Source: Magnetococcales bacterium (GTDB lineage Bacteria; Pseudomonadota; Magnetococcia; Magnetococcales; JADFZT01). From it: a stretch of 64,000 nucleotides of DNA. Under the pieces are notes generated by a model. That model ran no database searches, was not told where the DNA came from, and saw only the letters and a program-made list of their open reading frames with translations. The stretch covers positions 4,172 to 68,171 of the forward strand of contig JADFZT010000018.1 of assembly GCA_015232395.1 (NCBI GenBank). The letters run 5' to 3'. Both the position numbers and the translations under genes were made by a program. Positions 1 to 11,061 of the stretch are shown here, one piece after another (the first letter of the stretch is position 1; each line of letters opens with the position of its first letter).

Positions 1-398
1 TCCAGAGCGCGACTTTGACTGGAGAGAGAGAGATGCATGCGCACCCTTGCCAGCAACACCGGGGGACTGATGGGTTTGGCGAGATAGTCCACCGCGCCCA
101 CTTTAAACCCCAAGGCTTCGTCCCACTCCGCCCCTTTGGCCGTGACAAAAATGACAGGAATATCCCGGGTATTGGGATTGGCCTTGAGCTTGCGGCATAC
201 CTCAAAACCATCCATCTCGGGCATGAGAATATCGAGTAGAATCAAATCGGGGGGGGGATTGGTGGCGGCGCGTTTGAGGGCCTGCTCACCATTTTTGGCA
301 ATGAGAGTGCGATAGCGCTCCCCCAGCAATCCCACCAGGATATCGATGTTGATTTTTTCATCATCGACGATGAGAATGCGTGCTTTGTCATCTTTCAT
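1..398 (-). CDS. Response regulator, CheY-like receiver domain (N-terminal part only; gene continues past window start)
   Basis: Own minus-strand translation from ATG (cat at 396-398): MKDDKARILIVDDEKINIDILVGLLGERYRTLIAKNGEQALKRAATNPPPDLILLDILMPEMDGFEVCRKLKANPNTRDIPVIFVTAKG...VDYLAKPISPPVLLARV. It has the acidic DD pair, the phospho-acceptor Asp in LLDILMP and the conserved Lys in YLAKP. Absent from the ORF track because no stop lies in the window. Confidence 0.85.
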   Translation of the reverse strand, partial: MKDDKARILIVDDEKINIDILVGLLGERYRTLIAKNGEQALKRAATNPPPDLILLDILMPEMDGFEVCRKLKANPNTRDIPVIFVTAKGAEWDEALGFKVGAVDYLAKPISPPVLLARVRMHLSLSSQSRAL

Positions 399-800
399 GA
401 TCAGGTCATCCCCTGATTTTCCCATGTGCCCTGGCCTTATCACCCAAAGCTACGCCCAAAAGCTTGAGCCAGGTGCTAAAAATAGAGACATCGAAGACTC
501 CTCCCCCTAACAAGCAGAGTCTACCCTCATCAATGTACGCCCCCAGAGGCTCTCCCTGAACCAGAAGATCCAATAAGGAGATTCAATGGCGCAAAACTCC
601 AAATCAACCCATTAGAATCCTGTTCCATTCCAGGATCAGCAGAGAATATTTCCATAAAGGAATTGTACCGATCAGCGGTTGTGATTGCCAGTCCAGAGAG
701 GATTTGTGGTGATGACAGGAATGAATAGGAGGGTGGAACCTGGGAAGGGAGCCCTGAAAATGGCTGTATCAGCAGGCAGAGCCAACCCGAGCCAGCAGGA

Positions 801-2942
801 TCAAAATTCCCATTTGATCTGGCCAAAAACAGACCGTTCGATTTCCACTGTTTGAATCGAAAAATATTCGTCCGAAAATTCCATATTTTGGGAATCGAGA
901 AGATTTTTACCGATAATGGAAAACTCCAGATCAGGCAGGGGTTTCCAGGACAGATGCAGATCCAGAGAGGAAAAAGCAGAGAGGTCAAGACCAGGAATCC
1001 GGTCGGTAAACCGATACCAAAGATCCAAGGAAACGTTGTGGGGTAGATCCATCCGTGAGCGCAGACTCAGCTGATTTTGGGCATACTGCTCATCGGCCAC
1101 CACATCCAAGTCAGCTTCGGTAACAGAGTCGTCCAGATCCATACGCAGATAACCATAGCCACCGATAAGCCGCCACCAATCGTTCACTTCCCACTCCAAG
1201 GCCACCTCCAGGCCGTGGGTGTGACCGGAAGAGCCGTTGGAGATGATCGTCGGCACGTAGAGATAGGTTCCCGCCGCAATAGTGATCAAAGCGGTATCCC
1301 CATAATCGAGCCGAAAGAGGTCATCATAGTCGTTGTAAAAAAGATTGGCCTCCATAAACACCTTATCGGTGAGGCGCCCCCGATAGCCCATTTCATAGGC
1401 AATCATCTTTTCGGTATCAAAATTTCCGTCGTCACTGGCAATCTCCAGAACGGAAGGCACCGGCATGCTTGCTGACTGGACGATGGCCCGCAACACCCCA
1501 TCTGTCTCGATGCTGGAGGGAGAGCGCAAAGCCCTGGAGACCGCACCCCACACCGTATGGTTCGAAGAGAGACGCCATAACAGCCGGGCACTGGGTTGGA
1601 TATCCCAACCGGCATAGGGATTGTCTTCGATTTTGGAGCCCAGAGTTAAAAACAGCCGATCCGCCATCAGGGTGATCTCATCCTGGACAAACAGACTGGC
1701 AAAAAAGAGGTCGCTTTGGGTAAGGGACATAAATTGGGTTTCGTTGGGAGAGATGGTACTGTCAATCCAACGAAAGTTGAGTCCCCAGATGAGTTGGTGA
1801 CTCTGAGCTATCTGAAAAGCGTGGTGTGCCTCCACATCCCAAGTTTCCACCGATTCGATAAACCAATAGGTGGAATCCCGTTCATAGTGGTCGTAATAAC
1901 CCTGTAAAGTCAGGGTTCCACCATTCTCAAACTGTCGCATCCAACGCACCTGGAGATGGGCTCCATGGACATCTTCGGTATCATTCTCCCGGCTGGTGGT
2001 GAGCGTGGCTAATGAAGCTGCCAGCACATTGGTATGGTTGCGATTTTCAGAATATTCCCCCTGGATGGTCAGGGTATCTTCGGATGAACCGACAGTGCCA
2101 TCCAGCCGAAAACCCACGCGACCATTTGCCCAATGATCCCAGCTATCCTCACTGGTACCAAAGGCAACACCGCTATCCTCCTCAAACCCATTTCCATGAA
2201 GCCGGTAGCTGAAATTTTCGCCGAGCATGCCGCCATAACGCAGAGCACCACTGGCCAGTCGCTCGGTTCCCATGCCCACCTTGAGCAAACCGCCCTGGGT
2301 CTGCTGAGCGGTTTTGGTGATGATATTGATCACCCCGTTCATGGCGTTGGAGCCCCAGATGGTCGCACCTGGACCCCGGATCACTTCAATGCGATCAATA
2401 TCCTCAGGAATGATATCCTGGGCATCCCAGTAAACTCCGGAAAAAGTGGGATTATAGATGGAGCGCCCATCGATAAGCACCAGCAGCTTGCGGGAATAGC
2501 GCCCGTTAAACCCCCTGGCCGACACCCCCCATTTATTGGTGTCGATCTGGAAAACGTTGAGGCCTGGAACCATGCGCAACATTTCCGGCAGGGAAGAAGC
2601 TCCAGAGCGCAAAATATCTTCGGAGGAGATGACATAGACTGCAGAGGCCACATCCATCAGGCGTTGGGTTTTGAGAGAGGCGGAGGTGACCTCCAGATCG
2701 AGAATATCCTCCAAGGAAAGGTCGAGCAGTTCCCCCACTTCGGCATCTGCTTCAGGGGCACGGGTCAGATCACACCAACCATCAAAAGCCGTGAGTTGGA
2801 CCACGAGAACGAGGAGCGCTGATATTGAAATCGGTACCAGGCTTTTATGGAATCGATGCTTCAAACCAAATATCTCCTCAAGGCGCTGATGCTCCGGAAT
2901 GTTTCGAGATAGAGTCCCCATCATCCGCTGCATCATTTTCAT
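801..2942 (-). CDS. TonB-dependent outer-membrane receptor
   Basis: 713-aa ORF. Plug-domain motifs: SAVYVISSEDILRSGASSLPEMLRMVPGLNV...IDGRSIYNP...IDRIEVIRGPGATIWGSNAMNGVINIITK. Long beta-barrel region ending in a C-terminal aromatic residue (KWEF). N-terminal hydrophobic signal-like segment; exact start uncertain (several Met). Confidence 0.9.
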   Translation of the reverse strand: MKMMQRMMGTLSRNIPEHQRLEEIFGLKHRFHKSLVPISISALLVLVVQLTAFDGWCDLTRAPEADAEVGELLDLSLEDILDLEVTSASLKTQRLMDVASAVYVISSEDILRSGASSLPEMLRMVPGLNVFQIDTNKWGVSARGFNGRYSRKLLVLIDGRSIYNPTFSGVYWDAQDIIPEDIDRIEVIRGPGATIWGSNAMNGVINIITKTAQQTQGGLLKVGMGTERLASGALRYGGMLGENFSYRLHGNGFEEDSGVAFGTSEDSWDHWANGRVGFRLDGTVGSSEDTLTIQGEYSENRNHTNVLAASLATLTTSRENDTEDVHGAHLQVRWMRQFENGGTLTLQGYYDHYERDSTYWFIESVETWDVEAHHAFQIAQSHQLIWGLNFRWIDSTISPNETQFMSLTQSDLFFASLFVQDEITLMADRLFLTLGSKIEDNPYAGWDIQPSARLLWRLSSNHTVWGAVSRALRSPSSIETDGVLRAIVQSASMPVPSVLEIASDDGNFDTEKMIAYEMGYRGRLTDKVFMEANLFYNDYDDLFRLDYGDTALITIAAGTYLYVPTIISNGSSGHTHGLEVALEWEVNDWWRLIGGYGYLRMDLDDSVTEADLDVVADEQYAQNQLSLRSRMDLPHNVSLDLWYRFTDRIPGLDLSAFSSLDLHLSWKPLPDLEFSIIGKNLLDSQNMEFSDEYFSIQTVEIERSVFGQIKWEF

Positions 2943-3310
2943 ACACGCGATCAGCCTGAATCAGTGTGCTGTCCCTAAATATAATAGTACACCATATTGG
3001 TTTCATGGATGCATTGAAATCAACGCTGGTCTCTTTTCAACAAAGATCGACCAGAAACAACCAATCAAGAACCGATGGGATCACGAAAAATGTGATGCCC
3101 CTACCCCGCAGAAAAGATGGCATATTTCCCTGCATCCTCTTTCACTAACCATCCAAACAACGAAGGTCTCAGCCTGTCTGGATTGGGCGCAAAGATAAAG
3201 TGAAAGTCGGAAAACAAAAATGGATCAGAGGAAAAAACCAACAGAAAAAGCCTGGAAAAAGAGCGTCGGCAAACAGCAGGAAAGCAGGCAGAAAAGCCGG
3301 AAGAGGAGAC

Positions 3311-3350
3311 AAAAAAGGGCTGAATTCAGGAGAATCCAGCCCTTTTTTTT
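3311..3350. terminator. Bidirectional rho-independent terminator (mainly serving tRNA-Asn on the minus strand)
   Basis: Stem GGGCTG (3317-3322) / CAGCCC (3337-3342) with an inner AATTC/GAAT(C) extension. Flanked by A6 (3311-3316) and T8 (3343-3350), so a U-tract follows the hairpin on both strands. Confidence 0.6.
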
Positions 3351-3354
3351 ATTT

Positions 3355-3430
3355 TGGCTCCCCGGGACGGACTCGAACCATCGACAAGGTGGTTAACAGC
3401 CACCTGCTCTGCCAGCTGAGCTACCGGGGA
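3355..3430 (-). tRNA. tRNA-Asn (anticodon GTT), CCA encoded
   Basis: Reverse complement tccccggtagctcagctggcagagcaggtggCTGTTAAccaccttgtcgatggttcgagtccgtcccggggagcca. Acceptor TCCCCGG/CCGGGGA, anticodon stem GGTGG/CCACC with loop CTGTTAA, T-loop TTCGAGT. Confidence 0.92.
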
Positions 3431-3482
3431 ATAGGAAGCCTTAGCGGAAAGTGCGTACACTATACGGTTTTTTTGTGCCCGG

Positions 3483-4280
3483 TCAAGGCGATTGTGCACC
3501 TTCAGACAAATTGGTAGAAAGAATTAGACGGCTCCCAATCGAACACCCAAATTTTTCAGCAGCACTGTCTTGATTAACGACCACTTCCACGGTTCCAAAC
3601 CCACCCACCACAAGGCCTGCCTGCCCAGGCCCCAGTGCGGAAAATGTCTCCACAAGAGCACCACATGGGTTGCCATCTATCAGGCCGAAAACGTCCCCTT
3701 TTGGAAGTTGATCTCCTGACAACCCACTGACCAAATTGCCAAATCGATCCACCAACATCACTTCTGAGTGCCACTGGGCCCCCTGCTTAAACCCATATTG
3801 AGAATTGAGCAGAATGGGATCGGATATACTTTTTCCAAGATCTGAAAGGAGTTCACCCGACAACAAACGAACAGCAGCAGGTGCAAAAAGATCCCGACCA
3901 TGAAAAGTAGTTGAAGAGATTCTGTCCTGTGGGAGATCCAAAGAGACGATCCGGGCGTCATTTTGCTGGATAAATGGGGTCATCAGACCATTATCCGGCC
4001 CGAGATAGAAGGCATCTCCCACTTGAACAGCCAAAGCCCGCCGATGGCTACCAACACCAGGGTCTACCACACAGATCCAGACAGCAGGATCGGGCATATG
4101 GTGGCGACAACGTTCGATAAACCAAGCACCACTCTTAACGGAAAAGGGGGGTAATTCGTGATAGAGATCCAAGCAAACGACACCAGGAAAATCCCGATGA
4201 AGCACACCCTTCATCTGTCCTACATAGGGATCGGAAGTTCCGAAGTCGGTCAGCAGGACGACCGGCGGCACTTTTCTCAT
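3483..4280 (-). CDS. S-adenosyl-L-methionine hydroxide adenosyltransferase family protein (DUF62, chlorinase/fluorinase-like SAM hydrolase)
   Basis: ORF track 3483..4343. N-terminal family signature VVLLTDFGTSDPYVGQMKGVL and VDPGVGSHRRALAV. I prefer the internal ATG (MRKVPPVVLLTDFG, 4280) because the upstream extension overlaps the rplQ terminator hairpin. Confidence 0.8.
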   Translation of the reverse strand: MRKVPPVVLLTDFGTSDPYVGQMKGVLHRDFPGVVCLDLYHELPPFSVKSGAWFIERCRHHMPDPAVWICVVDPGVGSHRRALAVQVGDAFYLGPDNGLMTPFIQQNDARIVSLDLPQDRISSTTFHGRDLFAPAAVRLLSGELLSDLGKSISDPILLNSQYGFKQGAQWHSEVMLVDRFGNLVSGLSGDQLPKGDVFGLIDGNPCGALVETFSALGPGQAGLVVGGFGTVEVVVNQDSAAEKFGCSIGSRLILSTNLSEGAQSP

Positions 4281-4331
4281 GCCCTTAACCGCAGCACAGT
4301 TGGATCTATCTTTGGAAAGGAGGGGGGATAC

Positions 4332-4358
4332 AGCCGGAAGCACGCCTGGCTTCCGGCT
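4332..4358 (-). terminator. Hairpin downstream of rplQ (end of the alpha operon)
   Basis: Perfect 10-bp stem AGCCGGAAGC (4332-4341) / GCTTCCGGCT (4349-4358), 7-nt loop, 21 nt after the rplQ stop. No clean U-tract on the minus strand, so intrinsic termination is uncertain. Confidence 0.45.
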
Positions 4359-4378
4359 TTATTGTTTCTAAACAGTGA

Positions 4379-4753
4379 TCAGGCAGCTGACTCTTCAGTA
4401 CGTTCAACCAACTCAATTAAGGACATCTGAGCGCTGTCCCCTTGACGAAAACGGGTCTTGAGTACCCGGGTGTAACCACCGTTGCGTTCCCGATTGCGTT
4501 CGGCGATATCAGAAAACAGCTTGTAGACGATATCTTTGTCTTTCAGCACACGCAGGGCCATGCGCCGGGCATGAAGATCGCCCCTTTTGCCCAGGGTAAT
4601 CGCCTTATCGGCGATCCGCTTGAGTTCTTTGGCCCTGGGAAGGGTGGTCTCAATCCGCTCATGGCGCAGAAGGCTGATAAGCATGTTGCTCATCATAGCC
4701 TTGCGGTGGGCAGCGTCCCGGCCGAATTTCCGTCCGCTTTTACGATGTCTCAT
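4379..4753 (-). CDS. rplQ: 50S ribosomal protein L17
   Basis: 124 aa, MRHRKSGRKFGRDAAHRKAMMSNM... is the L17 N-terminus. Follows rpoA as in the alpha operon. Confidence 0.97.
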   Translation of the reverse strand: MRHRKSGRKFGRDAAHRKAMMSNMLISLLRHERIETTLPRAKELKRIADKAITLGKRGDLHARRMALRVLKDKDIVYKLFSDIAERNRERNGGYTRVLKTRFRQGDSAQMSLIELVERTEESAA

Positions 4754-4765
4754 GACGAGCCCCTA

Positions 4766-5782
4766 TTAAAAGTTTTCCTCATCGAACTGCTTGGACAGTT
4801 CTTCGATGTTATCCGGTGGCCAGTTGTCCAACACCATGCCAAGGCTCAAGTCCATTTCGTCCAGAACTTCCTTGATCTCATTCAACGACTTACGTCCAAA
4901 GTTGGGCGTCTTGAGCATTTCAGACTCGGTTTTTTGAACCAAGTCCCCAATGTAGACGATATCGTCGTTTTTCAGGCAGTTGGCGGAACGGACCGAAAGT
5001 TCCAGTTCGTCCACTTTTCGGAAGAGGTTGGGATTCCACTTGGGTCCGGACTCCTCTTCCTGAGATTCCAGGATGGGTACATCCTCGAAATTGATAAATG
5101 GATTGAGCTGATTTTGCAATATTTTGGCTGCGAGTGCCAGAGCATCCTCAGGTGAGACCACACCATTGGTCTCAATGTCCATGATCAATTTATCGTGGTC
5201 GGTCTGCTGCCCGACTCGGGCGTTTTCGACCTTGTAGGCTACTTTTTTGACTGGGTTGAAACTACAGTCTACGGGAATGGTCCCGATAGCGACCGTTTCA
5301 TCCAGGCTTTGGGTAGCTCTGACGTACCCTTTTCCACTCACCACGGTCATGGTGATATCCAGCTTGCCACTCTTGTTCAGGGTAGCAATATGATGATCAG
5401 GGTTGAGGATTTCCACATCGTGCCCAACCGTGATTTGACCTGCGGTTACCGGTCCTTCCCCTTCAGCGATGAGCTGAATGGTAGCTGGACCCGTTTTGCT
5501 TTTAAGAATGGCCAGCTCCTTAAGGTTCAGGATGATGTCGGTGACATCTTCCAACACCCCAGGCACACTCGAAAATTCGTGAAGAACCCCTTCGATTTTG
5601 ACCGTAGAGACGGCTGCACCCTGTAGAGAGGAGAGCAGGACGCGTCTCAGGGCGTTACCCAAAGTGATTCCCATACCCCGTTCCAGAGGTTCCGCGACAA
5701 GGTTAGCCTTGCGCTGCAAATCCCCCGTCCCGGCCAGCTCGATTTTGCGAGGTTTGATCAGTTCAATCCAGTTTCTATACAT
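4766..5782 (-). CDS. rpoA: DNA-directed RNA polymerase subunit alpha
   Basis: 338 aa. NTD motif [12 protein letters not shown] and alpha-[24 protein letters not shown]. Confidence 0.98.
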   Translation of the reverse strand: MYRNWIELIKPRKIELAGTGDLQRKANLVAEPLERGMGITLGNALRRVLLSSLQGAAVSTVKIEGVLHEFSSVPGVLEDVTDIILNLKELAILKSKTGPATIQLIAEGEGPVTAGQITVGHDVEILNPDHHIATLNKSGKLDITMTVVSGKGYVRATQSLDETVAIGTIPVDCSFNPVKKVAYKVENARVGQQTDHDKLIMDIETNGVVSPEDALALAAKILQNQLNPFINFEDVPILESQEEESGPKWNPNLFRKVDELELSVRSANCLKNDDIVYIGDLVQKTESEMLKTPNFGRKSLNEIKEVLDEMDLSLGMVLDNWPPDNIEELSKQFDEENF

Positions 5783-5816
5783 CCATCACCCCTCAACCAG
5801 CGCCCTAAGGTTCCGG

Positions 5817-6443
5817 TTACTTGGAATAGAGCTCGACGACGAGGTTTTCGTTGAAGTCGACCGGTAGGTCACTTCTGTCCGGATAGGAATGGAATACACC
5901 GGCCATTTTTTCGGCGTCCATTTCAACCCAGGTGGGAAGACCTCTCTGCAGTGCACTGTCAAGAGCACCTTTGATACGCAGCTGCTCCCGAGCCTTGGTG
6001 GCGACAGCAATTTTGTCACCAGGCTTGACCAGAAAAGAGGGAATATTAACCGATCGTTCATTGACCATGATCTGCTTGTGGCTGACGACTTGACGGGCCT
6101 CCGTACGTGAGGCGGCAAGCCCCAGACGAAAAACCACGTTATCTAGACGTCTTTCCAGGAGAACCAGTAGATTTTCACCGGTGACCCCACGCATCCGTGC
6201 CGCTTTTTTAAAGTAGTTGCGGAACTGACGCTCAAGCAGACCATAGGTCCGTTTGATCTTCTGTTTTTCCCGAAGGTGAACACCGTAGTCGGAAATCTTA
6301 CGGCGTCTTTGACCGTGCTCTCCGGGAATATAGCTGCGCCGTTCAATGGCGCACTTATCCGAATAGCACTTTTCCCCTTTCAGGTACATTTTTGTTGCTT
6401 CACGCCGACATATTCGGCACTTGGATGAAAGGTAACGAGCCAT
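5817..6443 (-). CDS. rpsD: 30S ribosomal protein S4
   Basis: 208 aa. [31 protein letters not shown] (Cys-rich S4 N-terminus) and S4 RNA-binding domain [12 protein letters not shown]. Confidence 0.97.
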   Translation of the reverse strand: MARYLSSKCRICRREATKMYLKGEKCYSDKCAIERRSYIPGEHGQRRRKISDYGVHLREKQKIKRTYGLLERQFRNYFKKAARMRGVTGENLLVLLERRLDNVVFRLGLAASRTEARQVVSHKQIMVNERSVNIPSFLVKPGDKIAVATKAREQLRIKGALDSALQRGLPTWVEMDAEKMAGVFHSYPDRSDLPVDFNENLVVELYSK

Positions 6444-6473
6444 TTTCCTGAAGGTCTCCCAATCTGCCCAGTA

Positions 6474-6866
6474 TCAAACCCGACGGCGTTTCGGCGGCCG
6501 GCAGCCATTGTGTGGGATGGGCGTGACATCCTGCACAAAGCCAATGTTGAATCCGATGCCCGCCAACGCCCGTAAGGCTGATTCTCTGCCAGAGCCTGGC
6601 CCCTTGAGTCGAACATCCAGGTTTTTCATGCCGTGTTCTTGAGCCTTGCGACCGGCTGTTTCAGCGGCAATCTGGGCGGCAAATGGCGTTGATTTCCGGG
6701 ACCCTTTAAATCCTTGAGCGCCAGCCGATCCCCAGGAGATAACGTTCCCTGACGGATCGGTAATGGTGATAAGGGTATTATTGAAGGTCGACCGGATGTG
6801 CGCAATGCCGCTGGCGATGTTCTTGCGCTCTTTCTTTTTCCTAAGTGACTTCTGGGCCTTCGCCAT
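6474..6866 (-). CDS. rpsK: 30S ribosomal protein S11
   Basis: 130 aa. [26 protein letters not shown]...[16 protein letters not shown]. Confidence 0.97.
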   Translation of the reverse strand: MAKAQKSLRKKKERKNIASGIAHIRSTFNNTLITITDPSGNVISWGSAGAQGFKGSRKSTPFAAQIAAETAGRKAQEHGMKNLDVRLKGPGSGRESALRALAGIGFNIGFVQDVTPIPHNGCRPPKRRRV

Positions 6867-6891
6867 CTTACCTCCGGTAATTCATCTATTT

Positions 6892-7260
6892 TTACTTTTT
6901 ACCACTGATTACAGCACGCCTGGGACCTTTGCGGGTCCGGGCGTTGGTATGGGTTCTCTGCCCACGAGTGGGAAGTCCACGACGGTGCCGTAGCCCCCTG
7001 TAGGTACCGAGATCCATCAGGCGTTTGGTGTCCATAGCCACCTGCCGACGGAGATCCCCTTCCACGGTAAAATCGTTGTCAATAATGGATCGAATTTTGG
7101 CTACATCCGCTTCTGTCAGATCGACACCACGTGAGTTCGGAGCAATCTCTGCAGTTTGGAGAATTGTCCGCGCTGCGTGACGACCGATACCATAGATATA
7201 GGTCAGACCAATTTCAATCCGTTTGTTGATGGGGATGTTCACCCCTGCTATTCGGGCCAA
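6892..7260 (-). CDS. rpsM: 30S ribosomal protein S13 (TTG start)
   Basis: 122 aa, (M)ARIAGVNIP... The first codon reads TTG (caa at 7258-7260), preceded by GGGAGA 8 nt upstream. No in-frame ATG nearby. Confidence 0.96.
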   Translation of the reverse strand: MARIAGVNIPINKRIEIGLTYIYGIGRHAARTILQTAEIAPNSRGVDLTEADVAKIRSIIDNDFTVEGDLRRQVAMDTKRLMDLGTYRGLRHRRGLPTRGQRTHTNARTRKGPRRAVISGKK

Positions 7261-7296
7261 GATACAGTCTCCCGGAGTTCAAGCGCGTTAAAAACG

Positions 7297-7413
7297 TCAA
7301 CCTTGCCGTTGCTTGTGTTTTGGGTTTTTGTGGCAAACAACCCGTAAAACACCTTTGCGTTTGATGATTTTACAATCCTTGCAGATTACCTTGACTGATG
7401 CGCGGACTTTCAT
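7297..7413 (-). CDS. rpmJ: 50S ribosomal protein L36 (Cys/His zinc form)
   Basis: Own translation, below the ORF-track cutoff: [43 protein letters not shown] lies upstream of the ATG at 7411-7413. Confidence 0.93.
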   Translation of the reverse strand: MKVRASVKVICKDCKIIKRKGVLRVVCHKNPKHKQRQG

Positions 7414-7431
7414 CTTTTTTTCCTCCACTTA

Positions 7432-7498
7432 ACGAAGGCTGCGGTTTTTTCCTGGGCCTTCGTGTTTGATACCGTCTTTTGAAAAAGTTGGTATCAAA
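7432..7498 (-). promoter_or_regulatory. Two adjacent stem-loops in the secY-rpmJ spacer
   Basis: Hairpin 1: ACGAAGGC (7432-7439) / GCCTTCGT (7456-7463). Hairpin 2: TTTGATACC (7465-7473) / GGTATCAAA (7490-7498). Both sit between the secY stop (7539) and the rpmJ SD. Function not determinable (attenuator, processing site or stabiliser). Confidence 0.4.
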
Positions 7499-7538
7499 CC
7501 TTCTCACCACCCTACATAAGCAGTGGCATCAAACCCGT

Positions 7539-8870
7539 TTATCGTCGACCTCTGATTCGGGTTTTTTTCATGAGCCCTTCATATTGGCGGCTGATGAGAA
7601 AGGATTGAATCTGGGCGGCGGTATCCATGGTGACACCCACAACGATGAGCATTGAGGTACCACCAAAATAGAACGGTACATTATAGTTGGCAATCAGGAT
7701 CTCAGGCAAGAGACACACTGCAGCCACATAAGCAGCCCCGATAAAGGTGAGCCGCGTCAGAATCGTGTCGAGATGTTCAGCGGTCTTTTTGCCAGGACGA
7801 ATCCCAGGCACAAACCCACCGTATTTTCTTAGGTTATCTGCGGTCTCCTCCGGATTGAAAACAATCGCGGTATAGAAAAAACAGAAGAAAATAATCGCCA
7901 GGGCGTAAACCACCATATATGGAATATGACCTGGTGAAAGATAGGATGCTGCCGTCTTGAAGGCGTCCCATGGTGCAAAGTTTGCCAAGGTCACCGGAAA
8001 CAAGATGATGGAGCTGGCAAAAATGGGTGGAATCACCCCTGCCGTATTCACTTTCAGTGGCAGGTGGGTATTTTCTCCTCCAACCATACGCCGACCACTC
8101 ACTTGCCTTTTGGCATACTGGATGGTGATACGTCTCTGGGCCCGTTCCATGAAAATAATGAAGCTGGTTACAGCCACAGCCATCACCAGCAGGAACAGGA
8201 CGAACAGTGGTTGCAGGTCACCGGTTCTTGCCAGTTGCAGCGTGTTGGCCAGGGCGATCGGCAGGTTGGCGACGATACCAGCAAAGATGATCAGTGAGAT
8301 ACCGTTACCAATGCCCCTTGCCGTGATCTGCTCACCCACCCACATGATGAAAGCTGTACCCGCTGTGAGGGTAATGACCGTCATCAGTCGAAAGGACCAG
8401 CCTGGGGTAACCACAACGTTCAGCCCACCCGCGACCATGGATTCCAACCCGTAAGAAATCCCAAAGCCTTGAAATATGGACAATACAACCGTTCCATATC
8501 GAGTATACTGATTGATTTTGCGTCGACCGGACTCGCCTTCCTTCTTGAGAGTCTCCAGTTTAGGCACCACCGCCGTCATCAATTGTAAAATGATGGAGGC
8601 AGAGATATAGGGCATGATGCCCAACGCAAAAACGGTGAGACGGGATAGCGCCCCACCAGAAAACATATTAAACATTCCCAACAAAGTGCCCTGTTGCTGG
8701 GCAAAGAAGGCAGCCAGCGCATTGGGATCAATGCCAGGAGTCGGTACGTGTGCCCCGATCCGGTAGACAATCAACATTCCCAGAGTAAACAGGAGTCGAT
8801 TTCTGAGTTCCGGAATCTTGCCCATGTTGGCAAGTCCGGCCAGCGGGGACTGGGGTTCGGTAACTGCCAT
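7539..8870 (-). CDS. secY: Preprotein translocase subunit SecY
   Basis: About 443 aa, multi-[17 protein letters not shown] and [11 protein letters not shown] motifs. The ATG at 8868-8870 overlaps the rplO TGA (TGATG); the ORF-track start at 8873 is a TTG one codon upstream. Confidence 0.97.
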   Translation of the reverse strand: MAVTEPQSPLAGLANMGKIPELRNRLLFTLGMLIVYRIGAHVPTPGIDPNALAAFFAQQQGTLLGMFNMFSGGALSRLTVFALGIMPYISASIILQLMTAVVPKLETLKKEGESGRRKINQYTRYGTVVLSIFQGFGISYGLESMVAGGLNVVVTPGWSFRLMTVITLTAGTAFIMWVGEQITARGIGNGISLIIFAGIVANLPIALANTLQLARTGDLQPLFVLFLLVMAVAVTSFIIFMERAQRRITIQYAKRQVSGRRMVGGENTHLPLKVNTAGVIPPIFASSIILFPVTLANFAPWDAFKTAASYLSPGHIPYMVVYALAIIFFCFFYTAIVFNPEETADNLRKYGGFVPGIRPGKKTAEHLDTILTRLTFIGAAYVAAVCLLPEILIANYNVPFYFGGTSMLIVVGVTMDTAAQIQSFLISRQYEGLMKKTRIRGRR

Positions 8871-9331
8871 CAATCAGCAGGCCCGGAGGCCTTTTCCTCA
8901 GTCAAAGCCAGCACACCACCAGCAGCTTCCAGCTTGGCTTGCGCCGACTTGGAGGCTTTGGAGACCTTGAGTTTCAGTGGTTTGGTCATCTCACCATCAC
9001 CTAGCAGCTTAACAGGTGTTTGCAAATCTTTGACTAAACCTTTATCTAGAAGCTCCTGAGTACCCACTTCGGTATCGGCATCGAAAAGGTCTAGGTCTTT
9101 GATCTTGATGAGAGCAAAGTTGGTTTTAAAGTTGTTGGTAAAACCCCGTTTGGGCAGTCGACGTTGCAAGGGCATCTGTCCACCCTCGAAACCAACCATG
9201 CCCAGTCGGCCAGAGCGTGATTTTTGGCCTTTGTGACCACGACCAGCAGTTTTACCGAGACCGCTTCCCATTCCTCTACCCTTCCTTTTGGAATTGGTAG
9301 AGTTGGTTGCAGGTAATTGATTGAGCTTCAT
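8870..9331 (-). CDS. rplO: 50S ribosomal protein L15
   Basis: 153 aa. MKLNQL...[27 protein letters not shown]. Confidence 0.96.
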   Translation of the reverse strand: MKLNQLPATNSTNSKRKGRGMGSGLGKTAGRGHKGQKSRSGRLGMVGFEGGQMPLQRRLPKRGFTNNFKTNFALIKIKDLDLFDADTEVGTQELLDKGLVKDLQTPVKLLGDGEMTKPLKLKVSKASKSAQAKLEAAGGVLALTEEKASGPAD

Positions 9332-9357
9332 ATCGAAAGTCTTTCCCGTAGAAGATC

Positions 9358-9537
9358 TTAATCGACCACCTGGACCAGATGGACCACCTTGTTGATCATT
9401 CCCCGTACTTCCGGGGTGTCCACCAATTCCCGAACTTGATTAAGCCGGGTCAGTCCGAGCCCGTCCACGACTTTGCGGTGTTTACCGGGCCTGCCGATGG
9501 TGGAACGGATGAGTTGTACTTTGATTTTCTTAGCCAT
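9358..9537 (-). CDS. rpmD: 50S ribosomal protein L30
   Basis: Own translation (59 aa): [59 protein letters not shown]. Sits between rpsE and rplO as expected. Confidence 0.93.
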   Translation of the reverse strand: MAKKIKVQLIRSTIGRPGKHRKVVDGLGLTRLNQVRELVDTPEVRGMINKVVHLVQVVD

Positions 9538-9546
9538 GACAACCCT

Positions 9547-10083
9547 TTAGTATGCCAGTACCTGATCCGCCGGTAGACCTCGCCGTGCGGCAATGTCTTC
9601 GGGTGAGCGAATTAATTCGAGGGCTTTGAAGGTTGCCTTAACCAGGTTGTGGGGGTTGGAGGTTCCGGTTGACTTAGCCAGAACATCTCGAATACCCACT
9701 GCTTCAAAGATGGGGCGCATGGCACCACCTGCAATGATTCCAGTACCTTCAGCAGCCGGTCTCAATACGACACCACCTGCACCATATTTAGCGACGATTT
9801 GGTGATGCAGGGTCCGTCCATCTTTAATGGATACGGAGCGCATGTTTTTCTTGGCCTGTTCAGTCGCTTTGCGGATCGATTCCGGTACTTCCTTGGCTTT
9901 GCCAAGGCCGTAACCTACCTGACCCTTGCCATCTCCTACCACAACGATGGCTGAAAAGTTAAAGCGGCTACCACCTTTGACCACTTTGGCGGTACGTTTA
10001 ATCACGACAAGCTTTTCGATCAGCTCTTCACTCGGCCAGCTGTCGCCTCTTTCCTGGTTCCTGCCGGGGCGTGGCTTAGACAT
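9547..10083 (-). CDS. rpsE: 30S ribosomal protein S5
   Basis: 178 aa. [47 protein letters not shown]. Confidence 0.97.
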   Translation of the reverse strand: MSKPRPGRNQERGDSWPSEELIEKLVVIKRTAKVVKGGSRFNFSAIVVVGDGKGQVGYGLGKAKEVPESIRKATEQAKKNMRSVSIKDGRTLHHQIVAKYGAGGVVLRPAAEGTGIIAGGAMRPIFEAVGIRDVLAKSTGTSNPHNLVKATFKALELIRSPEDIAARRGLPADQVLAY

Positions 10084-10127
10084 CGCGTCTCCAAACTCTC
10101 TTTTTCATACCAAGACGGACGGAGCCG

Positions 10128-10493
10128 TCAGAATTCCAGTCCGCCTTCACGCGCTGCATCGGCCAGGACTTTGATTCGTCCATGGTAGATATAGCCACCA
10201 CGATCGAAGACCACTTGATTTATGTTGGCTTTTTTGGCCTTTTCCGCAATGGCCTTACCAACTTTGCCGGCAGCTTCACGATTGCTGCCGTTTTTGAGCC
10301 CTTCCCGGATCTCCTTATCTATCGTGGAGGCGGCAACCAAGGTACGACCAGCTTGATCATCAATAATCTGGGCGTAGATATGGTTCAGGCTTCTATATAC
10401 GGAGAGACGTGGACGGTCTCCGGCGACTTGCCGGATTTTGTGACGAATTCGTCTGCCTCGGGTGCGTCTTGATTGGTGCCGAGCGTTTGCCAT
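10128..10493 (-). CDS. rplR: 50S ribosomal protein L18
   Basis: 121 aa. [19 protein letters not shown]...[28 protein letters not shown]. Confidence 0.97.
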   Translation of the reverse strand: MANARHQSRRTRGRRIRHKIRQVAGDRPRLSVYRSLNHIYAQIIDDQAGRTLVAASTIDKEIREGLKNGSNREAAGKVGKAIAEKAKKANINQVVFDRGGYIYHGRIKVLADAAREGGLEF

Positions 10494-10508
10494 TAGATGA
10501 CCCTTTCC

Positions 10509-11042
10509 TTACTTCTTCTTGCCTTCCTTGCGCAGAACATATTCACCGGCATAACGAATCCCTTTACCCTTGTAAGGCTCCGGACTTCTCATATCCCGAA
10601 TTTCTGCGCAGGTCTGACCAATGGTCTCTCGATCTGCTCCGGAAACAGTGACGGTGTTGTTTTTGTCAACTTGGGCCGACACCCCTTCGGGCAGCTTGTA
10701 CTCAATATGGTGCGAGTAACCAAGGGTCAGCTTCAGTGTCTGGCCGCTAACGGCAGCACGATAACCAACACCCAGGATTTCCAGTTGTTTACTGAAACCC
10801 TCGGAAACACCTACCACCATATTGTTCAATAAGGACCGGGAAAGTCCCCAAAGAGCACGCGTTTTACGGTCCTTGGCCCGAGGTGCAACGGTTATTGTGT
10901 CACCGTCCTTTTTCACCTCAATCTGGGGATGCATATTTCTGCTCAGAGTCCCCAGTTTTCCCTTAACCGTGACCGATTGGTTGTCGATTTTGATATCGAC
11001 GCCCTGGGGCACGGGTATGGCTTTTCTTCCTATTCTGGACAT
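10509..11042 (-). CDS. rplF: 50S ribosomal protein L6
   Basis: 177 aa. MSRIGRKAIPVPQGVDIKI...PEPYKGKGIRYAGEYVLRKEGKK. Confidence 0.97.
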   Translation of the reverse strand: MSRIGRKAIPVPQGVDIKIDNQSVTVKGKLGTLSRNMHPQIEVKKDGDTITVAPRAKDRKTRALWGLSRSLLNNMVVGVSEGFSKQLEILGVGYRAAVSGQTLKLTLGYSHHIEYKLPEGVSAQVDKNNTVTVSGADRETIGQTCAEIRDMRSPEPYKGKGIRYAGEYVLRKEGKKK

Positions 11043-11061
11043 CGATTTGTCACCTTACAGG

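Noticed and set aside
2943-3200. Fur box or cobalamin riboswitch upstream of the TonB-dependent receptor
   Set aside because: No 19-bp GATAATGATAATCATTATC-like palindrome and no B12-box could be found by eye on the minus strand. Only an AT-rich stretch (AAATATAATAGTA) is present.
3200-3517. 105-aa Lys/Arg-rich plus-strand ORF upstream of the DUF62 gene
   Set aside because: It runs straight through the terminator hairpin and the antisense of tRNA-Asn. The basic low-complexity start comes from an A-rich spacer.
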